Positions 49,665 through 63,300 of a stretch of DNA of 64,000 nucleotides are shown piece after piece. A program made the translations under genes and the position numbers. The stretch is from Massalongia carnosa (lineage: Eukaryota), in NCBI GenBank assembly GCA_965645245.1, contig OZ287087.1:620001-684000 (forward strand). The letters run 5' to 3'. The first letter of the stretch is position 1. Each line of letters starts with the position of its first letter. Below the pieces are notes generated by a model. That model saw only the letters and a program-made list of their open reading frames with translations. It ran no database searches and was not told the origin of the DNA.

Positions 49665-50188
49665 TGTCATGAAACGGCTTCGAACTAAAAGGATCTCGGC
49701 CTTATCCGTAGTTGCCCCCTCTATCCTGTCCCTACCTACCGTACCGCAGGTTCATTGTAGCTACCGCAGGTTTAATGGACCTAACGCAGGTTCATTGGAA
49801 CTACCGCGGGTTCATTAGACCTACCACGGGTTCATTGGACCTACCGCAGGTTTATTAGACCTACCACAGGTTTATTGGTCAGTGCGCGCTGTTCTAACCT
49901 TTCTCGATGCGGTTAGATCGAGTATGGCTCCGCCTCCGATCTTCGAAACCATAATTACCCGGTCCCCATTAGGTGTCTTCGTATTAACTTAGGAAAAGGA
50001 GATGAATAGGAGACATCGAAGATCAAGGAAACAAAGGGGTAAGGAGGTGAGGAACAGATATAAAAGAAGGGGTCGAGTCTCGAAAGTTCTGGCTCCTTGT
50101 CCGACGTCTTGAATAGCCAATCTAGCCTAGCTGTAGCTATAGACTCAGTCAATTAGAAAGCTTGACCATCCAATCCAGTCCCCTGACA
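49665..50188. mobile_element. Solo LTR (524 bp) with internal minisatellite
   Basis: tgtca...tgaca with TSD agtcg. Confidence 0.85.
49741..49880. repeat. Seven-copy 20-bp tandem repeat
   Basis: Consensus ctaccgcaggttcattggac. Confidence 0.9.
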
Positions 50189-50384
50189 AGTCGTTCGACT
50201 ACGTCAAATTTTTTTTTCAATTTTAAACGTGTTTTTTAGACGATTTAGCTAAATGGTATATCAGGTAGGGTGGAGAGAAGACTGCATGAAGGTATATTCT
50301 ATTGAGATCTGTCTACATGGCTATTATATACTGCCTAGCGCGCCAAGGCTCGCAGGGCTATGCTACACCCGTAAAGGGGTTAGA

Positions 50385-51075
50385 GGATGATAATGATGAT
50401 GATAGATTCTTGTACCGATCTGACAACGGCCAAAGGCCGGCCCATGCGGGCTATCTACTTATTCTTACAGGGAAAACCTTTTAAAGGGATAAAAACCATA
50501 CAGACTGCGCCATTATCCCAAACGTGTTCCGTTTCTGGACTGCATTCTTCGCTCGATGTTCTGTGAAATCCTTGATAAAATGAGAGTTATCACTCGTATA
50601 ACAGTTGCGATGCTAGTGAAAATTAGGCCAGCAAATTTGCTTTTTTTATCTATGTGGTTAGTTTATTCAACATTTTCGACGAGCTCATGATCGTTCGATA
50701 GTCGTTGGTGCCTATTTGTTTTAGCACTTCGTATCTGCCGTCGATTAACCAGCAATGTAGAATGATGTGTTTGGCTGTCTGCTTCTGCCATCCGCACGAG
50801 CAGGCCGGGGTCATAACGCCCGGTACCCGACGATTGAACAGGAAATTTGCCAAGCCTATTTTATCGGTGTGGATTTGCGTGGTTAGCGGGCTTTCCGCTT
50901 TCACCAGGTTGTTGTGAATCTTCAGTCTCGTCCTACTGAGAGATCCCAACTGTGCCTCTATCGGGCGGGGAATGCGGATCTGGTACGTCTTCCATTTGGA
51001 GTCCTAGCGTTCCTTGATGCGTTATGTGGTGGCCTTTGTGTATTTCTCTATCGTATGGCGTGTCGTGGTGGGGGT
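50385..51075 (-). mobile_element. 5'-truncated Tad1-like LINE
   Basis: TQIHTDKIGL...CSCGWQKQTAKHIILHC; (atc)n tail; conserved 3' UTR hairpin. Confidence 0.88.
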
Positions 51076-51138
51076 TGGAGAATAATTTAACAGATTTAAA
51101 TATATTTGAAAATTTTGAAAATTAATCATCAAAAAATA

Positions 51139-51295
51139 TTGATTAGTTAACCTGTTTTTATTTATTTTATATGTCATATTTTCGTCGAATTTTAACATTT
51201 AACTTGTAAAAAAAATTTTGATTAGTTAACCAGTTATTAATTATTTTATGTTTCATTTTCGTCGAATTTTAACATTTAACTTGTATAAAAAATTT
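51139..51295. repeat. Two-copy ~79-bp AT-rich direct repeat
   Basis: ttgattagttaacc...ttttcgtcgaattttaacatttaacttgta twice. Confidence 0.8.
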
Positions 51296-51606
51296 CGATC
51301 CAGTTGAACGATTTAACCCGGAAACCCGCATAAATAATTCGAGCCCGTCGAATCGGGTTCGAAGAAATCTAATCTGAAAAAAACTTATTGGTTTATTTCG
51401 GTATTATTATCTATAAATAAAAAAGACTTTGCTTACTAAAGCTGAAGTAGAAATTTTAATCCATTTACTTTTAAACCTATTTAACTTAGATTGTAGTACT
51501 GAAAATCTGAATCAATTTCGACGGATTAGATAACCCGTCGGGTTTTACTCAACCTTTTGCGAGATGTGATTAAAACCATATTTTACTTGACAAACTTGTC
51601 ACGATT

Positions 51607-53325
51607 TGATTGATGATGATGATGATTATGATATATTCATACTCCGATATGACACCGGCCATCGGCCGGCCCATGCTGGCAAAGCTATCTAAGTTGTTAC
51701 ATGAAAAACCTTTCACAGGTGTGAAAACGATATCCCGTGATGCCCGTCCAGTATGACTACGGGTCGCCGTCGGGCGGGAGACGCAGTGCAAAAGACGTGT
51801 GGGAACTGTAATACCCTGTGAAATGTCACGGAAGTGACGAAGCACGTGTCATATCGGAACGGGAAGAAATAGCATTCCGAAGGTGCCAGGAACAGTCATG
51901 AGGTAATGACATTGCGGAATTCCATGCCGAAAGTATGACGAAGTCAACATGGTAATCAAGAGGCTACGCCCGAAGGTGGACTAGCTTAGTTCTCGAGGTT
52001 ATAGGCGTGTCTTTTCGATCTCCTGTTTCTTTTCTCCTTGTCGAACGTCTTGTCCATTTAGCTAGACAATCAAGCCTCACGTTTGCACCACCTGAATTAC
52101 TACACGCCCTCGCACCGTGACATGAAAAGAGAAGAAAGAAAGAAAGGTTCAACTATTGTTGATTGTACAATAATATTGATGCTAGTGAGAATCGATTCAA
52201 AAAGCCTGTTTTCATTAGCAAAGCAGTTAGTATCTTCAGAGTTTTTGATGATTCGGTCAGCTGCTGATAGTCGCTCGTGTCGTCGGCTCGAAAAATCTGT
52301 TCTCTATTATCAATAAGTCTGCAGAACATGATTACATGTTCTGTAGTTTGTCTGTGCCAGCTACATGAGCAAGCCGGTGAGGTGACGGAGAGCACCCGTC
52401 GCTTGTAGAGGTAGTCAGCTAACCCGATCTTGGTAGTGCGGATTTGTGTTATTAGAGCGCTTTCTGCCTTTTTTAGCTGCGTGTGTATTTTCAGTCGTTT
52501 TTTGCTCAGTGGGACTGATTCTGCTATGGAGGGTTCGATGACGCGATTTTGATATACGCACCACGAGTCGTTCCAGACCTTTATTTGTCGTGCTCTGATT
52601 GTTTGCATCTGCTTGTGTCGGGCCCTCGCCGCAACGGTAGCTTCGCGGTGCCACGCCGGGTAGACTTCGAGCCATAGTGGGTGTGCCTTTAGTGGTTGAA
52701 CTATTTTTGAGTCGATCAGTAGGCTTTTGGCCCAGATGTGGTTCAGCTCTCCCTGGGTGGGCTTTTGAAGTCGTTTGCGACCTGCCTTGCCTCGAAGTTT
52801 GTCAGCTATTTTGTTGCATGCGGAGGAGATGATCTTTAATTGCCCTCCGGCTCGGAGCCGGTGCCTTGCCTGCGCTTGTAGCATGTCGAGATGCGTGTCT
52901 ATAAGCGCTATGAATGTCTCTGCTTCTAGTACTGAGATGGGAGTGGCTTTAAAGGCACCGGCTATGGTGCGAAGGCAATTGTTTTGCCTGACGGAGAGCT
53001 TACTCGTTGACGTTTTTGACTTTTTGATTTTTTGACTTCTTTGGGCATATGCCATACGGTTGACCCATATATCATGGCCGGACGCACCACGGCACTGTAA
53101 TCCTGCCTTGCCTTGGCGAAGGTGGCACCCCAGGTTGATGAGGAAATTTTTGTCAATGCCATAAATTGTTCGACCATTTTCTCTTGCGTTTTGCGAACGT
53201 GCGGTCCCCATTGCAATTTGGTGTCGATTTGTAGGCCCAATACTCTGATGTCCGTTTTTGGTTCAATTTCGGTGCTAGCAATATTGATAGATACAGTTAT
53301 GTTGAATCTTTTCGGATTTCTATAT
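51607..53325 (-). mobile_element. 5'-truncated Tad1-like LINE with RT C-terminus
   Basis: VLGLQIDTKLQW, STWGA...YSAVVRPAMIYG, LRTIAGAFKATP, CSCSWHRQTTEHVIMFC; frameshift ~53030; (atc)n tail. Confidence 0.9.
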
Positions 53326-53532
53326 AAGAGTATTAGCTTTACATTAGCGTGTTATCAGGACTTTCGGTGTTAACCTCTGTATTAATAATTAGAAGAGATT
53401 GTCTCGATACCGAAAAAATTCTTTCTTTAAATCGTTTTTATTGCTGCTTATTACTTTTATTTTATTCAATCTTTTATTGATTTTCAATATTTTTGTTTTC
53501 TGATATCGTGATTATCAAATATATTTTTAGCA

Positions 53533-53911
53533 ACATGTGCAGAGACGCCGGAACGACCGATTATCGCCGCCTTCTGACTACCGAGAAGGGCTTACGAGCC
53601 TCCGCTCGCTGGCTTATGCGGACTAATCTACTGACACAATTTTCGCTAGCTGTAGAGTGTCTTTCTTCCTCCCCCTGACTGTCGCGTAGTGATAGTCACA
53701 AACTCTAGTTATAACAGAGGCAGAAGGTAGTCTCTTGATACGCATCTGTGTCGTAGACATGGCACTGGCGAAACGTAGCATTCGCGAAGTGAGGTCGAGC
53801 GATCACGTGTAGGTATACAGATGAAGGTTTTTTCCCCTCGATGAGGGTTTTCCTTCTTTGAAAATTTAATAGCTTTTCTCGCATGGGTCGGCTGTAGCTG
53901 ATGTCACAACG
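53533..53911 (+). mobile_element. Tad1-like LINE 3' fragment, interrupted by the Gypsy
   Basis: GTTDYRRLL...ARWLMRTNLLTQFSLA matches the other LINE C-termini; gcatgggtcggc 3' UTR motif just before the Gypsy LTR. Confidence 0.8.
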
Positions 53912-54530
53912 TGTAATAGGGTAGGCCTAGTATGCGTTCGTTGAACGTAAGACTGGCCTATGTGGCTATGTGGGATACGTACAGCCAAAACAACCACCAA
54001 GACAATAAGGTCCCGCCTAACCCAGTTAGGCATAGTGTGGGGACTTAACTTATTATGGAGGTGTTTTCGTAGTACACGAAGTATCCCCTCGCCTCGCCTC
54101 ACCTCCCCTAGCTCACCTGCCTAGTCTTATCTACCCGTGTCTTTCGGTATCCGAAGTATTTCGGAGTCCGAAAATACCAGGTAGTATGGGCAAGGTATGG
54201 AAGAAGAGCTTAGGTTATGGATTGTCCTATCCTATATAGATCAATGATCAAGCACTTCAAAAGGGTAGCATTTAGTCTACCCTTTGACCCGACCCTACCT
54301 ATTTGTACCTCTATTGTGACCATCACGTTGTGTAGCCCCTGTGGATCCCCTCTTCCAGTAGTGAATGCCTGCTGGGAGACGGTCTCCCCGTTTCAATTCT
54401 AAATGCTCTATATATCTCCGGATTAGCACGATCCGGTGGTCGCAATAAGGGTGCTGCTTTTTACCGCTTTCGCCATCCAGCACCATTTGGCCTTTCGTCG
54501 TTCAGGCCAAACTTCCTCATCGATTCTTCC

Positions 54531-55781
54531 ATGGCCACCCGCAGCCAGTCCGCTGCAATTAGGGCCTCCATGGATCCTTCTCTCCTCGGCACCTCCGGTG
54601 CTTCAGCTAATTCAGCCAATGCATCTGGTGCTCCGTCCTCTAGTGGCCCACTTCCTGTCGGCCCGCACGGCTCCGCCCATCTTTCCTCTGGCACGTCAGC
54701 TACCACAGTGACTCTGACTGCCGAGCAATGGGCTGCTATCCAGTCTACCCTGGACCAAATCAACCAGGGCCATGGCCGAACTCCCTCTCGGTCTGCTCGC
54801 CGATCTCGATCGGCCCCACGATCTCCTCGGGCACCCCAGTCGCCTGAGAGGTCATCCAGGCGGAATAGTCATCATACCCGCCGGACTCTCGCTCTCGCTC
54901 GCCCGGCCATTACCATCGCCGCCGGTCACCTTCGCGTGACTACTCAAACCGCCGTTATGACGGCGCTTCTCGTCCCTTACTGAAGCCCAAGGTTCCTGAC
55001 ATATACAAGGGAAGTAGTCACAAGGAGCTGCATGAGTTCGCTCGTCAGTGTCACGAGTACTTCAAAAACTGCACGGGCGCATCCCGATGATTCTTCCTCC
55101 ATCTCTTTCGCGGCTTCCTTTCTTCGCGGAGAGACTGTTGGCCATGTATGTTCAGAATACGTCAAGACATTGCCGCTTGATTACGACCCACCCTGGGCCG
55201 AATTCTTAAAGGTCCTCCGGGATGACCTTGGCAACGAGAAGACCTTCGTGGACAAAACCTGGGGAAAGTTCTTTAGTTTTGTTCAGCGCCCTGGAGACAA
55301 CGTACGCACGTTTAGCGTACAGCTTCAACAATTGTGCTCCGTTCTTCAGGAGTATGACCTTCATTTCCCCCGCGAGTCCGACATGATTCGCCGCGCTCGA
55401 AATGCTCTGCGTCCTGAGATTAAGTCAGCCCTTTACAACATGGTTGACAATGCGAGCACCTACTCGCAATTCGTCGCTCTCGCAATGCAGGCCGAGGCAT
55501 CCGTTAATATGCACACCTCGACCAAGAACTCCTCACATCGCGACTCTCGTCGCGATAAGTCAAGGGATGCCTCGCAAACTCGATCTTCGAAGACTCAGGG
55601 TAAGAGTCACAGACGTGGCAAAGGTAACAACAAGCCTACCGAATCTTCTGGCACCTCTGCCAACAAGACGCCTGCCACTGGCGCCAACGCAGAGCCTCCT
55701 GCCGAAATCACCTGCTATAGATGCGGTGAAAAAGGGCATATCTCTACCCACTGCACCAATCCTCCCAAGCCAAAAAACTAG
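54531..55781 (+). pseudogene. Gypsy Gag (frameshifted ~54860-55000)
   Basis: KPKVPDIYKG capsid motif in the second frame, CYRCGEKGHISTHC knuckle, ends at slippery CCAAAAAACTAG. Confidence 0.85.
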
Positions 55782-58700
55782 CTGTCGCCGGCGTTACTTC
55801 CGAACCGGTGACTGACCCTAGGGAGGCAATTGCCAAGCATGCGCCCCGTTTGCAAAGAGAACCCTGTATGTTGTACGACATCCAGATGGTGAAGGATCTT
55901 TCTAGTCTGAAAGCCTTGATCGATTCTGGTAGCGAAGTCAATGCTATCGCTCCAGAGTTGGTTCGATCTTTAGGTCTTCCGACCCTGCATACCAATTGGG
56001 GTGCAGCTACGATAGATGCTCTCGGTTGACTACCCATGGCATGGCGTTAGCCAAATTCTCTGTTGATGACAAGCTCGAACGAACTCGCTGGTTCGAGGAG
56101 ACTTTTCTAATAGCAAACGTCTCTCATGATGTTGTGTTGGGGATGCCTTTTCTGAAACTCGGCAACCCGGACGTCCACTTCGCTGAAGGGTCTCTCACTT
56201 GGAGAGATTATTCTGTCTCGACTTCTTTGCCGACCGAAAGGCGCATTGAGTTAGTTGAGCCGGAGACCTTCGCAGAGGATGCTCGGGATGATAAGTCCGC
56301 TTGCTTTGTCGTACAAGTAGCCGCCATTCTTGATGCGTTGGACGACGCTAGCCGCGTGAACCTACAGGCTATTTCGACTACAGAGGAGATCAAGCTCCCT
56401 GTGGAATACGCCGATTATGAAGGGGTATTCTCTGCGGAGAAAGCTGACGAGTTGCCGTCGCTGACCCCGGATGATCACAGAATCGTCCTAGAGGAGGGCA
56501 AGTCGCCTCCTCATGGGCCTATCTATAGCCTCGGTCCCACGGAGTTAGAAGCTCTAAGGGGTTATATCGAAGTCAACCTCAATAACGGGTTCATCAGACC
56601 GTCGACTTCTCCTGCGGGGGCGCCTATCCTCTTTATTAGGAAGCCCAGCGGAGGATTGCGGCTATGCGTCGACTACAGGGGTCTCAACAATATAACGATT
56701 AAAAACCGTTACCCCCTGCCGTTAGTAGGCGAGGCCCTAGATAGGCTCGGCCGAGCGAAGGAGTATACCCAGCTTGATCTCATCCATAGGGTGCGAATAG
56801 CAAAGGGAGACGAGTGGAAGACTGCCTTTCGAACTCGCTATGGCCATTTCGAATATCAGGTTATGCCCTTTGGGCTTTCCAATGCACCAGCGACGTTTCA
56901 AGCTTTGATTAACAAGGTACTCGCTGAAAAACTTGATGTTTTTTGCATTGTCTATTTAGACGATATTCTCATTTACACTGAAGAGACTGGTTCAGCGCAC
57001 ACTGATGCGGTTAAGTGGGTGTTTGAACAGTTACGAAAGCACGGCCTGTATGCCAATTTGCAGAAGTGCCGTTTCAGTCAGAAAGAGGTTCGCTTTCTTG
57101 GGTATATTATTTCCCCTGAAGGTATTCGGATGGAGAATGATAGGATAGAGAGCGTGCGCAGCTGGCCTAGACCCCAGTGCGTTCGCGATATTCAAGTCTT
57201 TATAGGCTTTGCCAATTTTTACCGCCGGTTCATCAAGGGGTTCAGTAAGATCGCTAGGCCTTTGACCGCGATGCTGAAGACGACGGGCCCTAAGATGCCG
57301 AAATCGGACTCGTTTCTGACTGCTGAGGCGTTAGTAGCGTTCGATCAACTGAAGGGGGCCTTTGTCACGGCCCCAGTCCTCAGGCATTTCGATGCGGAGC
57401 GACATATACGCGTGGAGACTGATGCATCTGGGTATGCCATCGGTGGGATACTATCACAAAAGGACGATGAGAGTCATTGGCATCCAGTAGCCTACTTTTC
57501 TAGGAAGATGATTCCCGCGGAGCGTAATTATGAAACGCATGACGCGGAGTTGCTGGCCATTGTCGAGGCTTTTAGGCATTGGAGGCATTATCTCGAAGGC
57601 AGCACTCATGAAGTCCTAGTTCTCACCGACCACAACAACCTAAAACGGTTCATGGATACCAAACGACTCGGCGGACGCCAGATCCGTTGGGCGCAGGAGC
57701 TCTCCCGGTATAACTTTCGGATTGACTATCGTCAGGGTTCTCACAACCCCGCAGACGCCTTATCTCGCCCCGCCCAGGCTGAGGCGGATGACGATGAGTT
57801 AATAGTTGAGAATAGGCAGATATTGCACCGCTTGCAGGATTCTTTGCTGTTGAACGAGCCCGTGACCATTCGGGCCTGCAAGGCATTAAGCCAACCTAAG
57901 AAGCCCCGCGAGCGTGACTACTCGCAGGGGTATAGGAAAATGATGTTAGAGGTGATTATCTGTGGGACTGCGGTGGTCCCGGACCTCGTCAAGTCATGGG
58001 CTGTTATAAGGGCAGTCGTGGCTGAAGAGGGTCCCTACACTGCAATCGGTTCATTACTTCCACGTCTTCCTGAGTTGCTTGCGGAAGACAAGGGCGCCCA
58101 GGCTGTACGGAAGAGGCTAGCTACCTCCGAAGTTAATGCGTTTTCTGGTGTTTCGGGCGAGCCCTGGAAGGAGTCCGGGGATGTCTTATATTATGAAGGC
58201 AAGCCTTATATCCCCGAGACGTTACGAACTGAGCTAATGGCGCGCCATCATGATGACCCCTTGGCGGGGCCTTTAGGCATTGAAAAGACCCAGGAGTTGC
58301 TGACTCGGAAATACCACTGGGACACTATCAAGGTGGACGTTGAAAAGTACGTGGATGCGTGTGACGTATGCATGAGGTCGAAGTCGCAGCGGCATAAGCC
58401 GTATGGGAGTCTCCAGTCCCTGCCGATTCCCTCGCATAAGTGGAAAGACATTACGATGGACTTCGTTACAGGGCTCCCGCGCAGTTGCGACTGGCGTGGA
58501 GTAGGATATGACTCCATCCTCGTCATTGTTGACTGCCTGGCGAAGATGGTCCATTACGAAGCAGTGATGAAAACGCTGACGGCTGAAGGCCTCGCGGAAG
58601 TAATTATTGATTCGGTCGTGAGATACAATGGGCTCCCTGACTCTATAGTTACAGACCGTGGCTCCCTGTTCACATCGCAGTTCTGGCCCTCGCTGTGCTA

Positions 58701-59795
58701 TTTTGTTAGCATTAAGAGGCGTCTCAGCACGGCTTTTCACCCACAAACTGACGGCCATACAGAGCGTCAGAATAGCACGTTGGAGGCGTACCTCCGGTCC
58801 TTTGTCTCATTCGAGCAGGACAACTGGGTGCAGTATCTGCCCATGGCTGAGTTCGCCTTCAATAACTCCAAGCACTCTAGCACCGGGTTGACTCCTTTCG
58901 AGTTGAACTGCGGTTATCATCCGCGGATGAGCTATGAGGATGAGCTGGAGCCCCGTTCGCGGTCTAGGGCGGCGGGGGCTGAGGTCGCGGAACTCAAAGA
59001 GCTTATGGACCTGTGCAAGGCAAACCTTAGAGGTGCACAAGAGTCTCAAGCTCGCTACCATAACAAGGCTACAAAGGATCGTGTGTACAGCCCCGGCGAG
59101 TCAGTTTGGTTGGATGGCAAGCACTTTAACACGAAGAGGAATAGGAAGCTTGGACACAAGTTCCTAGGTCCATTCATGGTTATTGAGCCGATTGGCAAGC
59201 AAGCCTATCGCATCCAACTGCCGCCGCGTTGGCGAATCCACGATGTCTTTCATGTGTCTCTTCTGGAGAAGAATGGCACTAAGAAGGGGGGAGTCGATAA
59301 AGAATTAGCGGAGCAGATAGAGTTCAATGAAAATGAACCAAAGGAGTACGAGGTCGAGAGTATTCAAGATTCGGCTGTCTATGCTAGGGAGTCGGAGGAC
59401 GGGAGACCTGTAGGGCTTTATTATCTGATCCATTGGAAAGGATACCCTGAGTCTGAGGATAGCTGGGAACCGTATGCGGCCATCAAGTATTTACGCAAGA
59501 TGGTGAGGTTATTCCATAGGATAATCCTTCAAAATCCACCGCAAGCGGAACCCCAGTCGATTCAGGTCCTCCACGTCCTCCTCTAGCGAAGAAATCGACG
59601 TACTCCGCGCTGCAGCCGGACTCCCCGCCTGGCCCTGTCGATGAGGCTTTGCCTTTAACCTCGCAAGTGGGGGTCGACTTGGTAACACCGCTGCGTCTAG
59701 GACGTCCCACGAGGGGTCGTCGGCAGTTAGGTATAGATGACGCTGGCGCGGCTGGGACGGTCCATACGCGCAAGAAGCCGCGAGTCTGGTCCTAA
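55772..59795 (+). pseudogene. Gypsy Pol (protease, RT, RNase H, integrase, chromodomain)
   Basis: ALIDSGS, YLDDILI, ETDASGYAIG, MDFVTGLP/TDRGSLF, EYEVESI...HWKGYPESEDSWEP; frameshifts ~56020 and ~59520; QLDL-IHRVRI is three residues short of the usual DLxxAYH. Confidence 0.93.
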
Positions 59796-60399
59796 GGGAC
59801 AGGCGAAGAAGTCCAATGCTGCGGCATTGGCAGTGAGTATGTAAGTCGGTGCCTAATGGCCGGAAGGGGCTGCATACTCACAAGGGGACCGTCGGCGCAG
59901 TGGATCATTCGGCTAGGCCGTACCCGTCATGACAGCGATGCCTTTTTGCCTCTGTCCCAAAGGGTCAGAGGGTTTTTATGGAGTTGTCTAGGTACGCACC
60001 CTAGGTCGTCATGAGGCTATCTTTTGCAGTGCATGTCTCGGATGGGACTCGACCATAGGAGGGAGGCAGTTGTAATAGGGTAGGCCTAGTATGCGTTCGT
60101 TGAACGTAAGACTGGCCTATGTGGCTATGTGGGATACGTACAGCCAAAACAACCACCAAGACAATAAGGTCCCGCCTAACCCAGTTAGGCATAGTGTGGG
60201 GACTTAACTTATTATGGAGGTGTTTTCGTAGTACACGAAGTATCCCCTCGCCTCGCCTCACCTCCCCTAGCTCACCTGCCTAGTCTTATCTACCCGTGTC
60301 TTTCGGTATCCGAAGTATTTCGGAGTCCGAAAATACCAGGTAGTATGGGCAAGGTATGGAAGAAGAGCTTAGGTTATGGATTGTCCTATCCTATATAGA

Positions 60400-63300
60400 T
60401 GTCGATATTAATAGACCGTGGTTCAAGCCAATTCCCGAAGTAAGATCCTGTTGAAGGAAAAGCACGTGATTTCGGACTAATAACCGAGGCCTCGATCTTT
60501 CAGATGCTATTTCTTTCTATGCCATAGATCTGATTTCTAATACTCAATGATTTCAAAGCATTGTACCTCGCATGGGTTCCGGATCACTAATGATCTATTA
60601 GTAAATAGAAGTGGCTGGAAGATATCTAGATTATGAAAGAATGTGGCGAAATGGTCTATATAGCTAGCTAGAATTTCCAGTTTAGATAGACAAGGAGAAC
60701 ATCATTTTCCAGATCAATAAGAACGGTCCGACAGTTATGAGCCCGGCTTCCTAATCGCTGCATTCATCGATCAGTATCCCCAAGTTCTTATTGACCTTTA
60801 TTGTTACTTCTTCCATCTTCTTTGGACAATCGAACAGAAGATGTCTTTCTCTACCTTGCCCGCTTCTAGTCAGAAAACCGTGGTAGTCCTCAAGGAGCCC
60901 GGTGACTGGGATGAATGGATCCTTATCGTGGAGTCCATGGCCAAGCGAGGTGGAATCGAGCAGTATGTGGACCTGGCGAAACCTGAGCCAGACGAGCCAA
61001 TCAGACCCATTACCCCTACCTTCTCTTCCATGAAAGCAGGTGCCGTGTCATCCGAGGACTTAACCGAGGGACAGCGACGGGATCTGATATTGCGAAGAGA
61101 GGATCATAGAGAAGACTTGCGTACGTATCGGGAGAAGACCGAAGCCCTAAAAAACCTGGAAGCATATATATTGACCACCGTGGATCGGACCAATTTGTTA
61201 TATCTCAGGGGACAGGACTCGATATATAAGAAGTTATCAGCTCTAAAGAAGAGGCTTGCACCGACGGACCGGATCCGAGAACTCGAAGTTATTCGGAAAT
61301 ATAAGGACCTACAACGTGCCCCCAAGAGTCAGCAACTGGATCACTGGTTGTTGGAATGGGAGAAAGTCTATGCAGAAGCGGATAGACTGAAAATTCCGGA
61401 CGTTCAGGGACATAGATGCATTTATGATTTCTTGAATGCGCTAAGGACAGTGGACGGTTCGTTTGTGGCCGGTAGAGAGGCCATATTACAGTATAAAATT
61501 CATCGGAATGAGGAAGATTTCTCGATAAGGGATCTTCTGGAAGAATTCCGGAATCATTTGCGAACCGCCAGGGCCCTAGATAGCAAGGGGGCTACCCATT
61601 CGGCATTTGCAACATTTCAAGGATCTGACCAATCAGATCAAGAAAAATCGAACTCGACAATGAGTCAAAAATCAGCTCAGGGATCTAACTCGGACCAAGG
61701 AAATTCCGAGAAGAAGTGCATATGTGGCAAGAAGCACCGCTTCAAGGATTGCTACTATTTGCTCAAGGACCTGAGGCCAGAGGGGTGGACCCCGGATAAG
61801 AGCATTGAGAAAATAATAGAAGAAAAGCTAGCTAAGAATCATCGGCTAGATAAGATCATCAAGTCGGTCCGAGATAAGCACGCAAAACAAGTCGAAAAAG
61901 TCGGAAGGGAAGAGAAATCGTCTTCAGAAAAATCCGATCCTGCAGCATTTGCAGTTTCGATAGTGCCTGCCGGATCATCAGTCTCGATCTTGCCTGCCGC
62001 ACCACCTAGATCGTTTTCAACGTTTGCAGTTGCTTCCGAACCGGAGCCACATAGGTTGGTCAACTGTTGGACCCTGGATTGCGGAACAGACATTCATGTA
62101 TGCAATGATCCGGAGCGGTTTCAGTTGACGCGTACAGCAAACACTGATGACAAGCTCATGGCCGGAAAAACCGTTTATAGCATAGATGGATATGGAACGG
62201 TAGATATCACGGCACAAGGACCTCATGGGCCGGTGCCAATCAGGCTTCTAGATGTGGCGCTATCCTCAGGATTTTTCACCAATTTGGTGTGCCTAAGCAA
62301 GCTAACAAAGAAGGGGGTTCACTGGGACACCGAACATTCTCATCTGCATCAGAAGGGAAAGACGTTCTGCCGCACCAAGCAAATAGGGGGCCATTGGGTG
62401 ATAGAAGACAACCCACCAACGGTAAGGTCACATAGAGCATTTGCGGCCAGTACCAGTCCGAAACCGGAATTGATAGCGACGGGAAAAGAGTGGCACGAGA
62501 TGCTCGGTCATCCTGGACCGGAAACAATTTCTCACCTCGAAAAGGGGGTAGATGGAGTTAAGGTAACAGTACCCGAGTCAGCACCGAATACGATGCAATG
62601 CGAGACATGCTCGCTGACCAAAGCCCATCACCTGATCTCGAGACGTTCGGGACAGGAAGAGCCAGCGAATTTTCCGCTCGGTCGAGTAGGGTATGACCTT
62701 ATTCAGCTGACTGAAGCATACAACGGGGACAACTGGGTGAGCCACTTCAGGTGTTTTTATACCAGTATGGACTTCGTCTACACCCATACTCGAAAAAATG
62801 ATGCTCTAGGGGTGATCAAGGAATTCCTGAAAATGACCAAGACTAGATACGATCAGACCGTTCGGTTTTTTCGAACAGACGACGAGCGAACCCTCGGCTT
62901 AGAATTCGCCGAGTTCATGAAAATGAGAGGTATCACCACCGAAAGATCGGCCCCATATACTCCAGCACAAAACGGTCAAACCGAGCGATCTGGGGGGGTA
63001 CTGGTGATCCGAGCGCGGGCCCTGCGCATAGCAGCAAATTTGCCAGCTAGTATGTGGCCAGAAATATTCAAAACGGTTGGTTATCTAAATAACCGGACCC
63101 CGAAGAAGATGCTAGGGTGGAAAACACCAATAGATAAATTAACCGGGGAAAAACCGAAACTATCTCACCTGCAGCCGTATGGTTGTCGAGCGTTCCCGCT
63201 TAATCAGGTGATTCCCAGGAAAGAGAAGCTCGAACCAAGAGCTTTTATTGGATACCTGGTGGGGTACGACTCCACTAACATCTTTCGAATATGGATTCCC

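Larger units (their letters stand above)
53912..60399 (+). mobile_element. Ty3/Gypsy chromovirus; 3' LTR interrupted by Copia-2
   Basis: 5' LTR 53912-54395 (TG...CA, 484 bp), purine tract aggagggagg, 3' LTR from 60071 matches the 5' LTR until 60399. Confidence 0.95.

Noticed and set aside
49535..51560. hAT-like element with cggat/acccg subterminal motifs hosting the LTR and LINE
   Set aside because: No matching TIR pair or 8-bp TSD could be identified
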